Positions 46,764-57,799 of a DNA stretch of 64,000 bases are shown here, piece after piece. Location of the stretch: assembly GCA_963844095.1 (NCBI GenBank), contig CAWJND010000003.1, positions 557,924-621,923 of the forward strand, given 5' to 3'. Source of the DNA: an uncultured Solirubrobacterales bacterium. Its GTDB lineage: Bacteria; Actinomycetota; Thermoleophilia; Solirubrobacterales; Solirubrobacteraceae. The stretch's first letter is position 1. Each line of letters opens with the position of its first letter. A model generated the notes under the pieces. It was not told where the DNA came from and searched no databases. It was given only the letters and a program-made list of their open reading frames with translations. Position numbers and translations under genes: made by a program.

Positions 46764-48212
46764 GGCGGATTCAATCGGTCGTCGCAACGGTTTGCGTTTG
46801 GAGGGATCGTAGATGCTCGTCGAGCGCCTCGGCTGGTGTGTGCCAGCCTAGTGTCTTGCGTGGTCTGCTGTTGAGCGTGGCGGCGACGGCGTTGAGCTCT
46901 TCGGCGGTGTGTCTGGCGAGGTTTGTTCCTCTTGGGAAGTACTGTCGGAGCAGACCGTTGGTGTTCTCGTTCGTCCCACGTTGCCAAGGGCATTGGGGGT
47001 CGCAGAAATAAATGTGAAGTCCGGTTGCGATCTTGAGCTGCGCGTGTTGTGACATCTCGGCACCCTGGTCCCAGGTGAGCGAGCGGCGCAGCTGCTCGGG
47101 CAGCGCTGTGATTTGCTTTGTGATCGCGTCGCGCACAGCTTCGGCGCCGCGACCGGCAAGCGGCGGCCCGTGCTTCACTCTTGGGCCGCCGTGACCGGGC
47201 ATCGGCGGTAGGTGAAGCAGCATCGTGAACCGTGTGCTGCGCTCCACCAGCGTCCCGATCGCGGTGCGGTCCGCGCCGAGGATGAGATCGCCCTCCCAGT
47301 GGCCAGGTATGGCTCGGTCCTCGGCCTCAGCGGGACGTTCGCTGATCATGATCTGATCGCTGACGAAGCTCTTGCCACGTCCACGGACGCGGGCTCTGGG
47401 AACCCTGAGCGCTCTGCCGCTGCGCAAACAGGCGGTGAGTTCTCGTCGCAGCGCGCCGCGGCCCTGCACGTAGAGCGCTTGGTAGATCGCCTCGTGCGAG
47501 ATTCGCATCGACTCATCATCGGGGAAATCGATCTTCAGCCGGTTAGATATCTGCTCCGGACTCCACGCCGTCGCCCACCTACGGTCCTGACGATGAGGCT
47601 TGCCCCGGCCCTTCCAAGGCGCGGCCTTGGGTCCCGGCACCGTCGTGCCATCGGACCGTCGAACCTGGCCGGAGAGCCGCTCTTGCACGTACTCGCGCAA
47701 CTGCTCATTCGCGGCGAGCTTCGCGGTCTTCGGACGGCGAGCCACCAACTCCGCCTTCCATTGCGCGACCGACGCGCGATAGTCGAGCTTCCCACCGCGA
47801 GTAGCTGCGTTGCGGCGCAGCTCCCTGGAGATCGTCAACGGGGAACGCCCCAACCGCCGCGCGATCTCCCGAACGCCGGCGCCTTGAGCCTTCAACATCG
47901 CGATCTCCTCGCGCTCCTGAAACGATAGATACCGTCCTGAGAGTGGATCAAGCATGAACGTTGGCATCCCGCCACGTTCTCGGAACCATCGGCTACCAGC
48001 CGCCTGGGACGCCCCGACAGCCAGCGCCGCATCCTCGCTGCTCAGGCCTTTGGTGATCTCACGCCAGAACAGCCGCTCGACATCCCGCGGATGCGTCGGA
48101 TGCCCCGGCGACTTCATCGGCGCCCTGCCCGTCAACTCCGTCATCCACCCAGCTGGCCTGCCCATAAACACCTCCACGATCAAGGTGTTGCGAGGACCAG
48201 TTGAGTCCAGCC
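46764..48212 (-). mobile_element. IS30 family element
   Basis: Imperfect IRs GGCTGGACTCAACTGGTCCTCGCAAC / GGCGGATTCAATCGGTCGTCGCAAC; 2-bp TG duplication. Confidence 0.92.
46771..48165 (-). CDS. IS30 transposase
   Basis: WSPEQI, GHWEGDL, LTWDQGAEM, PWQRGTNENTNGLLRQYFP. Confidence 0.95.
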   Translation of the reverse strand: MGRPAGWMTELTGRAPMKSPGHPTHPRDVERLFWREITKGLSSEDAALAVGASQAAGSRWFRERGGMPTFMLDPLSGRYLSFQEREEIAMLKAQGAGVREIARRLGRSPLTISRELRRNAATRGGKLDYRASVAQWKAELVARRPKTAKLAANEQLREYVQERLSGQVRRSDGTTVPGPKAAPWKGRGKPHRQDRRWATAWSPEQISNRLKIDFPDDESMRISHEAIYQALYVQGRGALRRELTACLRSGRALRVPRARVRGRGKSFVSDQIMISERPAEAEDRAIPGHWEGDLILGADRTAIGTLVERSTRFTMLLHLPPMPGHGGPRVKHGPPLAGRGAEAVRDAITKQITALPEQLRRSLTWDQGAEMSQHAQLKIATGLHIYFCDPQCPWQRGTNENTNGLLRQYFPRGTNLARHTAEELNAVAATLNSRPRKTLGWHTPAEALDEHLRSLQTQTVATTD

Positions 48213-49145
48213 TGGCTGTCGTGATCGCAATGCACAATCGTCCCGTTCGGCGGCTTGCGATTCTTGACCGCCATTGCGAGTGCGCTGGTGACCAGCGATG
48301 TGGCTTGACGGCTGTCGATCGACCAGCCGATCACGCGGCGGGAATGGGCGTCGAGAACGGCGCAGCAGTAGAGCTTGCCCTCCCTGGTCGGATGCTCGGT
48401 TATATCTGTCAACCAAAGCTGGTTCGGTGCGTCCCGCGCGAATTGCCTAGCAACGAGGTCGCTGGCGGTCGCCCCGTTTGTTTGCGGGCCGCGTCGCTTG
48501 CGCTTTGGTGCCGGCAACCCCTGGATGCCCAGGCGGCGCATCGCCGCCTTCACGGCCTTGAGGTTGACCGTCATCCCGTGTCCGAGTCGCAGCTCAGCCG
48601 TGATCCTGCGCTTTCCGTAGGTACCGTTCGAGGCGCGGTGGATATCCGCGACGAGATCATCGAGCTGTCCCTGGCGCAACTGGCGGATCGACGGTGGTCG
48701 TGTCTGCCAATAGAAGTAACCGGACGGCGCGACCCCTAGCATCCGGCAGCACGCCTTCGCTGAGTGTCCCTGCCCGGCCAGGGTCATGATCACCGGGTAG
48801 ATCCTTTTGGGCGAACCACACGCCGCCCCTCCTGCTCCTCAAAGATCGCCGCGGCCTTCCGCGTCAGCTCCAGTTCAACTTCAAGCTCCCTAATCCGTGC
48901 CCGCGCCTCGGAGAGCTCCACATGCTCACCACTACGGACTCCGGGGCGTTCGCCGAGGTCAACTTCGTCCTGCGCGATCCAGCGATACACCGTTGCTTCA
49001 GAGACACCGAACTCCTCAGCGACCACCCGCGGCCGGCGCCCACCCGACCGGCACAACTCGACTACACGACGGCGAAACTCCGGCGAATACGAACTCGGCA
49101 TGAACCTCTCCTTCGGGGAAACACGCCACCCACCCTCTCACAAAC

Positions 49146-49199
49146 ACGGTCCAATACTCAGGGCCCAGACCAACGGTCCAATACTCAGGGCCCAGACCA
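49146..49199 (+). repeat. Perfect 27-bp tandem duplication of the IS3 left IR
   Basis: ACGGTCCAATACTCAGGGCCCAGACCA twice. Confidence 0.95.
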
Positions 49200-49559
49200 T
49201 ATGATTCTCAATAGTTGCGTGACCGGACTTTCGCGAGCGAGCCTTGGGTCTAAGCTGGAGTAATGGACCAGCAAGCTCATGACTATGGCAGCGACTGGGC
49301 GGGACAGTTATTGCAGTGGGCATAGTGACATCAGCTGCGCTTTCGCCTTGGGGACCCGTTGCGCAGGCTGGGGGAAGAATGAAGCGGGACTGCGTGGGCA
49401 CAAACGTTGCGCTCGTATGCGCGCTTGCGGAAGTTTCGCCGTCGGCGTTTAGCAGACCAACAGGTCTTGCTGCGCTGCGGTGCTTGTGACTGAGCAAGCC
49501 CGCCGGTGAGCGTCTCGTGTCGATCCCCAAAGAACCGCGTCACGGCAAAGCGGCGCGTC

Positions 49560-49750
49560 AACGCTTATGTCTGCGTTCGTGGCCGAGAACCGGGGGGCGA
49601 GCAACTAAGCCATCGCCGCCGGAATCGACTTGTCTCACCCCGGTTAGACCTCAATGGCGCTGGCGGGCCTAGAGGAACTCGGTGTGCTCGTCAAGCGCTC
49701 CGGGCAGTCAGGCACCCCAACGCATGGTCGCTCTCGCTCTACGGCGCAGG
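49560..49750 (+). pseudogene. Frameshifted winged-HTH regulator remnant
   Basis: Across frames: EPGASN*AIAAGIDLSH / TSMALAGLEELGVLVKRSG / PNAWSLS. Confidence 0.45.
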
Positions 49751-50071
49751 TCGGACGCACGCTCGACTACCGCTGATCCCAACCCGCTTTGGTCTCACCG
49801 AGCGCCAAGTCGCGTCTCTGCATGTCGTGCATGGCTGTCGCCCGCCAACGTCAGGGGCGTGGATTTATCAGCGGTTCACCCAATGCACGCCACGTGTCTC
49901 CAGCGATCTTTTGTGTAAATCATTCACGGAGCCTGTTGAACCTTTTGAAATGCAATCTTGTATTCGCCGCAACGTTGCGGATAGGGTCACGCTCCGGCCC
50001 GGAGATTCTCAAATAGCAAGGGGCCAGCAAATCTATTTATCGCTCATTTAAGACTCGTGCTGGGAGGACAG

Positions 50072-53000
50072 ATGACGGGCAAATCTCCTAAGATGGTGGC
50101 CGCGATCTCTTGCAAAGGTGAATGCCGGCCAAGATGGCTACAGACCCATCGGAAGACGGGGGTTGCGGCCTTGCTCCTTTCTGTAGCTACGCTCGTATTT
50201 TTGTCGCTTATGACCCCTTCAGCATGGGCTTCAACGTCTTATGTCAACGGAATATCCGACCAGCATCTCTATAACTGGGAAGGTGGTATCTCAAGCCTAT
50301 TCAGCAATGCCTGGGTTGGCAGCCCGCCATCTCATATAAAGCTGGCTCGTTATGTCGTGCAATGGAACGTAATGGGTGGTGGCGGGTACGCTAATGAATA
50401 CTCAAATTTTAGAGCCTGGTATGAACGTGCGGGACAGTTGGGCCTCGTCCGCGAGGTTGCTTTGGCTGATTTCACTGGAGCCAATGAACCGTCATCGTCC
50501 ACATACAAAACGGAACTCGAAAGTCTACTCAAAGAATTTACTGGAGTCAGCTATGTCGAGGCGTGGAACGAGCCTAATCACGCAAGCTCGGCCGTAAAAT
50601 TCTATGTAAAAGCCGTTGCGGCCGCGCACTACATGAATGAAGCCTATTCGGTATGTCAGGTGCACGCCTGTACGGCTATCGCGGGAGATTTTTTGGATGA
50701 AAGCAACATGAGCGGATATGAGGCTGAATATATTTCAGGATCAAACCTTAATCCTAAAGATCCACCCAATTGGGGTATGCATCCTTATGCCGCAGTGGAC
50801 ACCGAAAAAACGACTACGGTCGAAGCCTTTCGGAACGGCCTTCCGGGGAAAGGCAGTGAGAATATTTCGTTTACGGAGGTGGGTGCATACTATTGTAAGA
50901 AAGGCGAATCGGTCTCAGGCAGCGAAAATGCATCGCACGAAGCATATCAGGCTAAACACGCTGCATATCTGGTAAATACGCTGATTCCGCACACGACCAA
51001 TCTCGAACATGTCTTGTATTACGAGTTCGCATTTGAAGGCACCAAAAGAATCAACTGCAGCAATGTCGAAGACACAGAGCTTTATGCGCCTCCTTCTGAA
51101 GGTCAAGCTAACCAGCCGCGAAGCGCGGCTAGTATAGTTTGGGGGCCAGAGGGTCGGCCTTCTGCCAGCACCGGAGCGGCATCAAACCTGGCCCCACTTC
51201 AGGCGACTCTAAATGGGAGCGTGAACCCCAAAGGTCTTGCTGATACAAAATATTACTTCCAGTATGGGACCACTACGGAATATGGATCTGGCGCAACCAC
51301 TCCAGGGGATGCAGGTCAAGGTCTGAACTGGCAAAATGAGAGCACACCTATCGGCGGCCTACAGCCGGGCACGACTTATCATTTCCGTATCGTTGCTACT
51401 AACGAAGATGGCACCGAAGAAGGCAAAGACGGAGAATTTACTACGCCAGGGCCGGTCGAAGCTGTGACAGCCCCTCCGTCGGGCATCACGGAAGAAGAAG
51501 CGCATCTGAACGGTACCGTGAACCCGCGTGGTTACGAAGCGAAATATTATTTCCGGTACGGTACGGGGACGAACTACAGTATGACGACGCCTGAAAGTAG
51601 TGCGGGGGCGGGTAAGACTCCCATGCCGGTAAGCGCGACCGTAACGGCCCCGCCAGGGACGACTTACCACTATCGTCTTGTGGCGACCAGTGGGGGGGTT
51701 ACAAGCGAAGGCGAAGAACGTACTGTCATGACGCTCGATACGCCACCATCAATGGTGGTCGACAAAGAAAACAATCGTTGGGTTGCCGTCGAGGGTGCCG
51801 GTCATACCCTAGACGTGTACGAGCAATTTCAGTCCAACGGGAAATGGCTTGGGCCGGTACAAATCGGCGGGGCTGGGACGACGTACGCGGCACCGTCAAT
51901 GGCTGTCAACAGTGAAGATAATATTTGGATCGCGACGGAGGGGCCTAGTCACACTCTGGATATTTATTGGCAGAACGCGAAAACCGCGGAATGGGCTGGT
52001 CCAGGTCAGATTACTGGACCGGGTAGTACGTACTCTGCGCCATCTCTTGCGATTGACAAGGAAAACAACCGTTGGATTGCCGCGGAGGGGTCGAGCAACA
52101 GTTTGTTCATCGAGTGGCAGAACGCGAAAACCGCGGAATGGGCGGGTCCGGGTCAGATTGCCGGAGCGGGTACTACCTTTGCGGCACCGTCTACAGCTTT
52201 CGACCACGAAGACGATCTGTGGATAGCTACCGAGGGTGCGAGTAACAGTATGAACATCGAGTGGCTGCCGTCATCCACTAAAATATGGGCGGGTCCGGGT
52301 CAAATCGCCGGCCCGAGTACGACCTACGCGGCGCCCTCTCTGGCGATCGATAAGTACAATCAGCCGTGGATAGCTACCGAGGGTGCGAGTAACAGTATGA
52401 ACATCGAGTGGCTGCCGTCATCCACCAAAGAATGGGCGGGTCCGGGTCAGATTGCCGGAGCGGGTACTACTTTTGCGGCACCGTCTACAGCTTTCGACCA
52501 CGAAGACGATCTGTGGATAGCTACCGAGGGTGCGAGTAACAGTATGAACATCGAGTGGCTGCCGTCATCCACTAAAATATGGGCGGGTCCGGGTCAAATC
52601 GCTGGCCCGAGTAGTACGTACGCGGCACCGTCCCTAGCTATCGACAATGGCAACGATCGCTGGATAGGCATTGCGGGTCCAAGCAACAGTACGGATATCG
52701 AGTGGCAAAACGCGTTAACAGCGGAATGGGCCGGTCCCGGTCAGATCGGCGCTAGTGGAACGCCTAACGCTACAACCGAGCCGGCAAGCGCGCTGAATGC
52801 GACGACGGTGACGGTGAACGGCTCGGTCGATCCGCTCGGAGTAGCCACGACCTATCACTTTGAATACGGGACGACTACATCGTACGGTACCTCCGTCCCT
52901 ACGGGCGGCGCTGGCGCGGGCTCGGGTGAAAGTGCTGTCGTTGAGAGTGCGAATCTCTCTGGCCTGCAGCCTGCGACGCTGTATCATTATCGAATTGTCG

Positions 53001-54106
53001 CCACGAACAGTGCCGGCACGACCTATGGTGTGGATCGCGTTTTCACCACGACCAGTTGGGGGACTGAGACGACGATAAATGCGACGGGTGCGCCTAATAA
53101 CAGGCTGACGGGTGTGTCGTGTTCGTCGTCAATGTTCTGTCTTGCTACGGGGTATGAGACCTATAACGGCGTGGCGTACGCGTACACTGAGAGCTGGAAC
53201 GGTAGCACGTGGACGGCCCAGGGCATCGAATCCAATGGTGGGATGCAACTTGATGGGGTGTCCTGTACTTCTTCGACGGCTTGCACGGCGGTTGGTAGTT
53301 TGACCGAAACCACCAGTGGTAACGTGGTCACCGTTGCCGAGCGCTGGAACGGTATCGCGTGGACGCGGCAGACGACGATAAATGCGACGGGTGCGCCTAA
53401 TAACAGGCTGACGGGTGTGTCGTGTTCGTCGTCAATGTTCTGTCTTGCTACGGGGTATGAGACCTATAACGGCGTGGCGTACGCGTACACTGAGAGCTGG
53501 AACGGTAGCACGTGGACGGCCCAGGGCATCGAATCCAATGGTGGGATGCAACTTGATGGGGTGTCCTGTACTTCTTCGACGGCTTGCACGGCGGTTGGTA
53601 GTTTGACCGAAACCACCAGTGGTAACGTGGTCACCGTTGCCGAGCGCTGGAACGGTATCGCGTGGACGCGGCAGACGACGATAAATGCGACGGGTGCGCC
53701 TAATAACAGGCTGACGGGTGTGTCGTGTTCGTCGTCAATGTTCTGTCTTGCTACGGGGTATGAGACCTATAACGGCGTGGCGTACGCGTACACTGAGAGC
53801 TGGAACGGTAGCACGTGGACGGCCCAGGGCATCGAATCCAATGGTGGGATGCAACTTGATGGGGTGTCCTGTACTTCTTCGACGGCTTGCACGGCGGTTG
53901 GTAGTTTGACCGAAACCACCAGTGGTAACGTGGTCACCGTTGCCGAGCGCTGGAACGGTATCGCGTGGACGCGGCAGACGACACCCAACGAACTCGGCGC
54001 AAATGGCAACCAGCTAACGGCAGTGTCGTGCAGTTCTGTATGTACCGGTGTTGGGGGTTACACAAACAGCACTGGTGTGTGGACCTTGGCGGAGGGCCAG
54101 CAATAA
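50072..54106 (+). CDS. Large secreted modular protein: clan GH-A-like hydrolase, FnIII-like domains, 49-aa propeller repeats, 101-aa Cys/Trp repeats
   Basis: GGAGG RBS, signal peptide; EAWNEPN and FTEVG glutamates; LNGSVNP..YYFQYG..YHFRIVATN three times; WAGPGQI repeats; LTGVSC..AERWNG repeats. Confidence 0.85.
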   Translation: MTGKSPKMVAAISCKGECRPRWLQTHRKTGVAALLLSVATLVFLSLMTPSAWASTSYVNGISDQHLYNWEGGISSLFSNAWVGSPPSHIKLARYVVQWNVMGGGGYANEYSNFRAWYERAGQLGLVREVALADFTGANEPSSSTYKTELESLLKEFTGVSYVEAWNEPNHASSAVKFYVKAVAAAHYMNEAYSVCQVHACTAIAGDFLDESNMSGYEAEYISGSNLNPKDPPNWGMHPYAAVDTEKTTTVEAFRNGLPGKGSENISFTEVGAYYCKKGESVSGSENASHEAYQAKHAAYLVNTLIPHTTNLEHVLYYEFAFEGTKRINCSNVEDTELYAPPSEGQANQPRSAASIVWGPEGRPSASTGAASNLAPLQATLNGSVNPKGLADTKYYFQYGTTTEYGSGATTPGDAGQGLNWQNESTPIGGLQPGTTYHFRIVATNEDGTEEGKDGEFTTPGPVEAVTAPPSGITEEEAHLNGTVNPRGYEAKYYFRYGTGTNYSMTTPESSAGAGKTPMPVSATVTAPPGTTYHYRLVATSGGVTSEGEERTVMTLDTPPSMVVDKENNRWVAVEGAGHTLDVYEQFQSNGKWLGPVQIGGAGTTYAAPSMAVNSEDNIWIATEGPSHTLDIYWQNAKTAEWAGPGQITGPGSTYSAPSLAIDKENNRWIAAEGSSNSLFIEWQNAKTAEWAGPGQIAGAGTTFAAPSTAFDHEDDLWIATEGASNSMNIEWLPSSTKIWAGPGQIAGPSTTYAAPSLAIDKYNQPWIATEGASNSMNIEWLPSSTKEWAGPGQIAGAGTTFAAPSTAFDHEDDLWIATEGASNSMNIEWLPSSTKIWAGPGQIAGPSSTYAAPSLAIDNGNDRWIGIAGPSNSTDIEWQNALTAEWAGPGQIGASGTPNATTEPASALNATTVTVNGSVDPLGVATTYHFEYGTTTSYGTSVPTGGAGAGSGESAVVESANLSGLQPATLYHYRIVATNSAGTTYGVDRVFTTTSWGTETTINATGAPNNRLTGVSCSSSMFCLATGYETYNGVAYAYTESWNGSTWTAQGIESNGGMQLDGVSCTSSTACTAVGSLTETTSGNVVTVAERWNGIAWTRQTTINATGAPNNRLTGVSCSSSMFCLATGYETYNGVAYAYTESWNGSTWTAQGIESNGGMQLDGVSCTSSTACTAVGSLTETTSGNVVTVAERWNGIAWTRQTTINATGAPNNRLTGVSCSSSMFCLATGYETYNGVAYAYTESWNGSTWTAQGIESNGGMQLDGVSCTSSTACTAVGSLTETTSGNVVTVAERWNGIAWTRQTTPNELGANGNQLTAVSCSSVCTGVGGYTNSTGVWTLAEGQQ
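51740..52750 (+). repeat. About 7 intragenic 147-bp (49-aa) repeats, including a near-identical pair offset by 294 bp
   Basis: PS.A.D....W.A.EG.S....I.W.......WAGPGQI.G units; 52136 onward closely matches 52430 onward. Confidence 0.85.
53067..53982 (+). repeat. Three apparently identical 303-bp intragenic tandem repeats
   Basis: Units start at 53067, 53370 and 53673; identical translations in two frames of the ORF track. Confidence 0.95.
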
Positions 54107-54256
54107 CCAGACCAGGTTGTCGTCTATGATCATTCCATGGTTACGCGGCGGTCTCAACAGTGGATCTTGAGTTCTTGAGTGGCTCGCGGCAGCGTGCACC
54201 GCGCGCGCAGTGACCCGTGAGTGGACTTTCGTACTGCTTTTGAGGAGCTACAATTA

Positions 54257-55119
54257 GGGCCCTTAACAGAATGAGTTTTGGAGTTGTTGGTGGCAGATGA
54301 GTGCGCAGCCGATGGTGAGGAAGGCTTCGTGGATGTCGGCGCGCCTGTCGTAGCGGCGCTCGAGGCGGCGGTGTTGGTGTAGCCAGGAGATCGTGCGCTC
54401 GATCACCCAGCGTTCTTTGCCGAGCCCCGACCCGTTGGGGGTGTTGCGTTTGGCGATCCTCGGTGTGATGCCGCGTTCGCGGAGCGCCTTGCGGTGCCTT
54501 TGGCTGTCATACGCGCGGTCGGCGAGCAGCGCTTTTGGCCTGAACTTCCCGTGAGCGCCGGTCGGTGGGACACGATCGACGAGCGGGATAAGCTCGGTGA
54601 TGTCGTTGCGGTTGCCGGCGGTGAGAGTCGCGGCCAGAGGGATGCCCTGACCATCACAGATCACATGGTGCTTGGAGCCCGGCCGGCGCCGATCGACGGG
54701 CGAGAGGGACCGGTCTTTTCGCCCCCCCTTTTGCCCGCACGTGCGAGCTGTCCACGACAGCGCGAGACCAGTCCAGTTGCCCCGCGTCTTGCAGTTCGTC
54801 CAGGAGTACCTGGTGCAGGCACTCCCAAACCCCCGCTTCGTTCCAGTCCCGCAGGCGCGCCGCCAACAAGTCATCCCCGACCCGCAGCCCATCTCTTGGG
54901 GCAGATCTCCTCCCACGGGATGCCCGTCTTGAGAACGAACAGGATACCCGTCAGGGCCTTGCGATCGGGCACCCGCTTACGCCCCGGATACCGATACCGA
55001 CGCTCAACACACGGCAACAACAGCTCGACACGAGCCCACAACCCATCACTGACCAAAGGTCTCGCCATACACACCATCTACGACAACAGCACCCCAAAAC
55101 CTCTTTCTGTTAGACGTTC
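54257..55119 (-). mobile_element. IS5 family (IS427-like) element, multiply frameshifted
   Basis: IRs GGGCCCTTAACAGAATGAG / GAACGTCTAACAGAAAGAG, TA flanks; ILFVLKTGIPW, VVDSSHVRA, LADRAYDS, RWVIERTISWL split over frames. Confidence 0.88.
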
Positions 55120-55124
55120 TAAGT

Positions 55125-55766
55125 TGGGCTGTCTCCGGGTGCTCCCGACAGTTGGGGGCTCGATAGGTCTTTGAGGGTTGGACGGGTTCCCCGGTCGGGG
55201 AACCCGTCCGCGCCTGTGCTCAGGCTGCCTCCTTCACCGCCAAGTGAAGAGAGAGGTTGAGCCTGATGACCAAGGATGACGTGCTGTTCGGCTACCGCCA
55301 ACAGCTGTTCGCGGAGGCAGCGAGGACAAACGTCTCAGCGGCGTGCCGGACGTTCGGGGTGCACCGCTCCACTTACTACGCCTGGAAGCGCCAGGTCAAC
55401 CGGCACGGCCTGGAGATGCTCAGGCCCCGGGAGCGCCGCCGGCCGCAGATGCCCAACGCGCTACCGAAGATGATCGAGGAGCGGATCGTGTCCTTCTCGA
55501 TCGCTCACCCAGGACTCGGCCCCAGACGTGTCGCCTCGGAGCTCGCCCGTGAGAAGTGGGGCGGGATCATCGTCTCCCCGAACGGGGTTTGGAAGGTTCT
55601 CTGCGGCTGAAACGCGAGCTCGACACCTACCTACGCTTCTACAACAACGACCGCGTGCACCACGGACGACTCACACAGGGACGCATACCCGCAGACATCG
55701 TCTACCGTGCCCGAAAGATGGAGGCAAGATGATCCACACCTGTCGGCACATCTCGGAGGCTGCCCA
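55125..55766 (+). mobile_element. Internally deleted IS481 family element (non-autonomous)
   Basis: IRs TGGGCTGTCTCCGGGTGCTCCCGACA / TGGGCAGCCTCCGAGATGTGCCGACA; HTH N-terminus (NVSAACRTFGVHRSTYY) joined near 55603 to the C-terminus (YLRFYNNDRVH); DDE core absent. Confidence 0.85.
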
Positions 55767-57668
55767 CTCTAAGGTCGCGATCGATCAGCAGGGAGACATA
55801 ACGTCCATTTGGAGTCGCTCCAACGGCACAAACTACGAACCCCAAACCGCTTATCGGCCGGCCGGCGGCTCTTGGCAGGCGCCAGTCACCCTCTCGGAAG
55901 CGGGGTACGACGCCGGCGGTGCCCAAATCGCCGTTGACCCCGAAGGCGACGCGGCCGCGGTGTGGGAGACGTTTCCGCCGGCTAGCAGTCGCACAATTCA
56001 GGTCTCGGTCAAGTCGGATGCCGGCGCATGGTCGGCTCCGGTGACGCTCGCCGATATCGGCGAACCCGTGGGCAAACCTCGGATCGCCATCGACTCACAC
56101 GGCGATGCCGTGGCGGTATGGGAAGAGCAACCTATCAATCCCGGCCCCCAATATATTCAGGCGACAATCAGGCCCGCGGGCGGTACATGGTCTGTGCCTG
56201 TCTACATCTCCGAAGGCCCGGTTGGAATGGATCCCAGCATCGCCATGGATGCGGAAGGCAACGCGATTGTGACGTGGCTGAGCTTTGGATCGATCCGGAG
56301 CGCTGTTAGGCTCGCATCCACAGGCACCTGGCAAGCGCCCACGAACGTTGCGGCCGTGGGTCTGGACGCCGGCGGGCACCCGGGCGGCCCAGCGCTGGCC
56401 GTGGATGGAGAGGGCGATGCCGTCGTGGCCTGGAGTAGCGCCAGCGGCAACGGTGCCAATCACATTGTGTATGCAGCCTCTCTCTCCAAAGGAGGCTCTC
56501 TTGGCAGGCACTGGCGGAGCTTTCAGAAGCGAGCTTCGACTCCGCGGCCCCACATGTTGGCCTCGACGCCCAGGGCGATGCGACCGTGGTGTGGAGCGCA
56601 TCTGAAGGGGGTGGCGATGCTGTGGTCCAAGCGGCCGTCAAGCCTGCGGGTGGCGCTTGGCAACCATCGTCGAATATCGCGGAGACGGGCGAGATGGCGA
56701 GCAACCAACCCGAACCCGATGTGGCCGTCGATTGGGAAGGTAACGCGGTAGCGGTGTGGGAAGGCGATGCGGATGGTAATCGGGTTATCCAAGCCGTCTG
56801 GAGATCGAATGAAACGGGAAGCTGGCAGGCGCCGGTCGATCTGTCAGCAACGACCTCGCAGGCCAGGTACCCCAAGATCGAGCCCGACTCCCGAGGCAAC
56901 GCGGTCGCCGTGTGGGAACAGGACGACGGCAGCCTCGGCACGGTCCAGGCCGCCGGCTATGACGCGGGTCCGCTGCTCAATGGACAGTCGATCCCAAGCA
57001 CCGGCACAGTCGGACAGGGTCTCTCCTTTTCGGCCTCTCCAATCGGCGTATGGTTGACGCTCGGGGAAACGAAATGGAGCTTTGGGGACGGCGGTGGGGA
57101 GAGTGGCCCGAGTGTCACTCACACGTATGCGGCCCCAGGCAACTATACGGTGACGCTGAGCAGTGTGGATGCCTTTGGCAACGTGAGCAGTACCTCCACC
57201 ATAGTCACGATCTCACCGGCACGTGAGACGAGAGTGAGTAACACTTTGCTACCACCGACGCTTAGCGGAGTGCGCTTGACCAATAAGCGTTTTCGCGTAG
57301 CAAAACGAGACACGGCCCTCACGGCGACAAGGACGCCGGCGGCGACCTCTTTCCATTTCACGCTATCGGCTGCCGCCAGTCTAACGATCGCAATTACGCG
57401 CACTGCAGCAGGGTTTCGCGAGGGCCGCGACTGTGTCAGACCCAACGTCAGGCTGGCACGAGCACATGCTAAACGCTGCACGCGTACGCTCACCGTCGGT
57501 ACGCTGACTCGTGCGAACGAGTTGCAGGGAACCGACAGTGTGGGCTTCAGCGGACGTATTGGTAGCAGCGCGCTCGTCCCGCACGACTACAAGGCAATTC
57601 TGACGGCAAGCAACTCCACGGGCCGCTCCAGCCCGGTAACGCTTGCGTTTGTGGTAGTCCCCAGATAA
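55767..57668 (+). pseudogene. 5'-truncated, frameshifted secreted repeat protein with PKD domain and basic C-terminal domain
   Basis: VAVD.EGDAVAVW..W.AP repeats; frameshift near 56495; WSFGDG..HTYAAPGNYTVTL PKD motif. Confidence 0.8.
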
Positions 57669-57799
57669 AGGATTTTGTCTTCGCTCCAGCCGGGTGCAGT
57701 CAGCTGGAGTGAGCAGAAACAGCAGAGCGATGCGTTACGGGCGTGCCAGGTCGCGCCCTGCGCTGAATACCGTCGCAAGCGCGACCTATCGTTTTGGCG

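Larger units (their letters stand above)
46438..49172 (-). mobile_element. IS3 family element interrupted by IS30
   Basis: IRs TGGTCTGGGCCCT..A.TGGACCG; orfA 48790-49101; orfB 48793-48213 continuing 46763-46476 (WLTDITE, HCDHDSQ/FTSW, DNGMMEAF). Confidence 0.92.

Noticed and set aside
53067-53982. Possible non-coding repeat array or DGR template
   Set aside because: Units are in frame inside a protein, show no adenine-specific variation, and no reverse transcriptase is present
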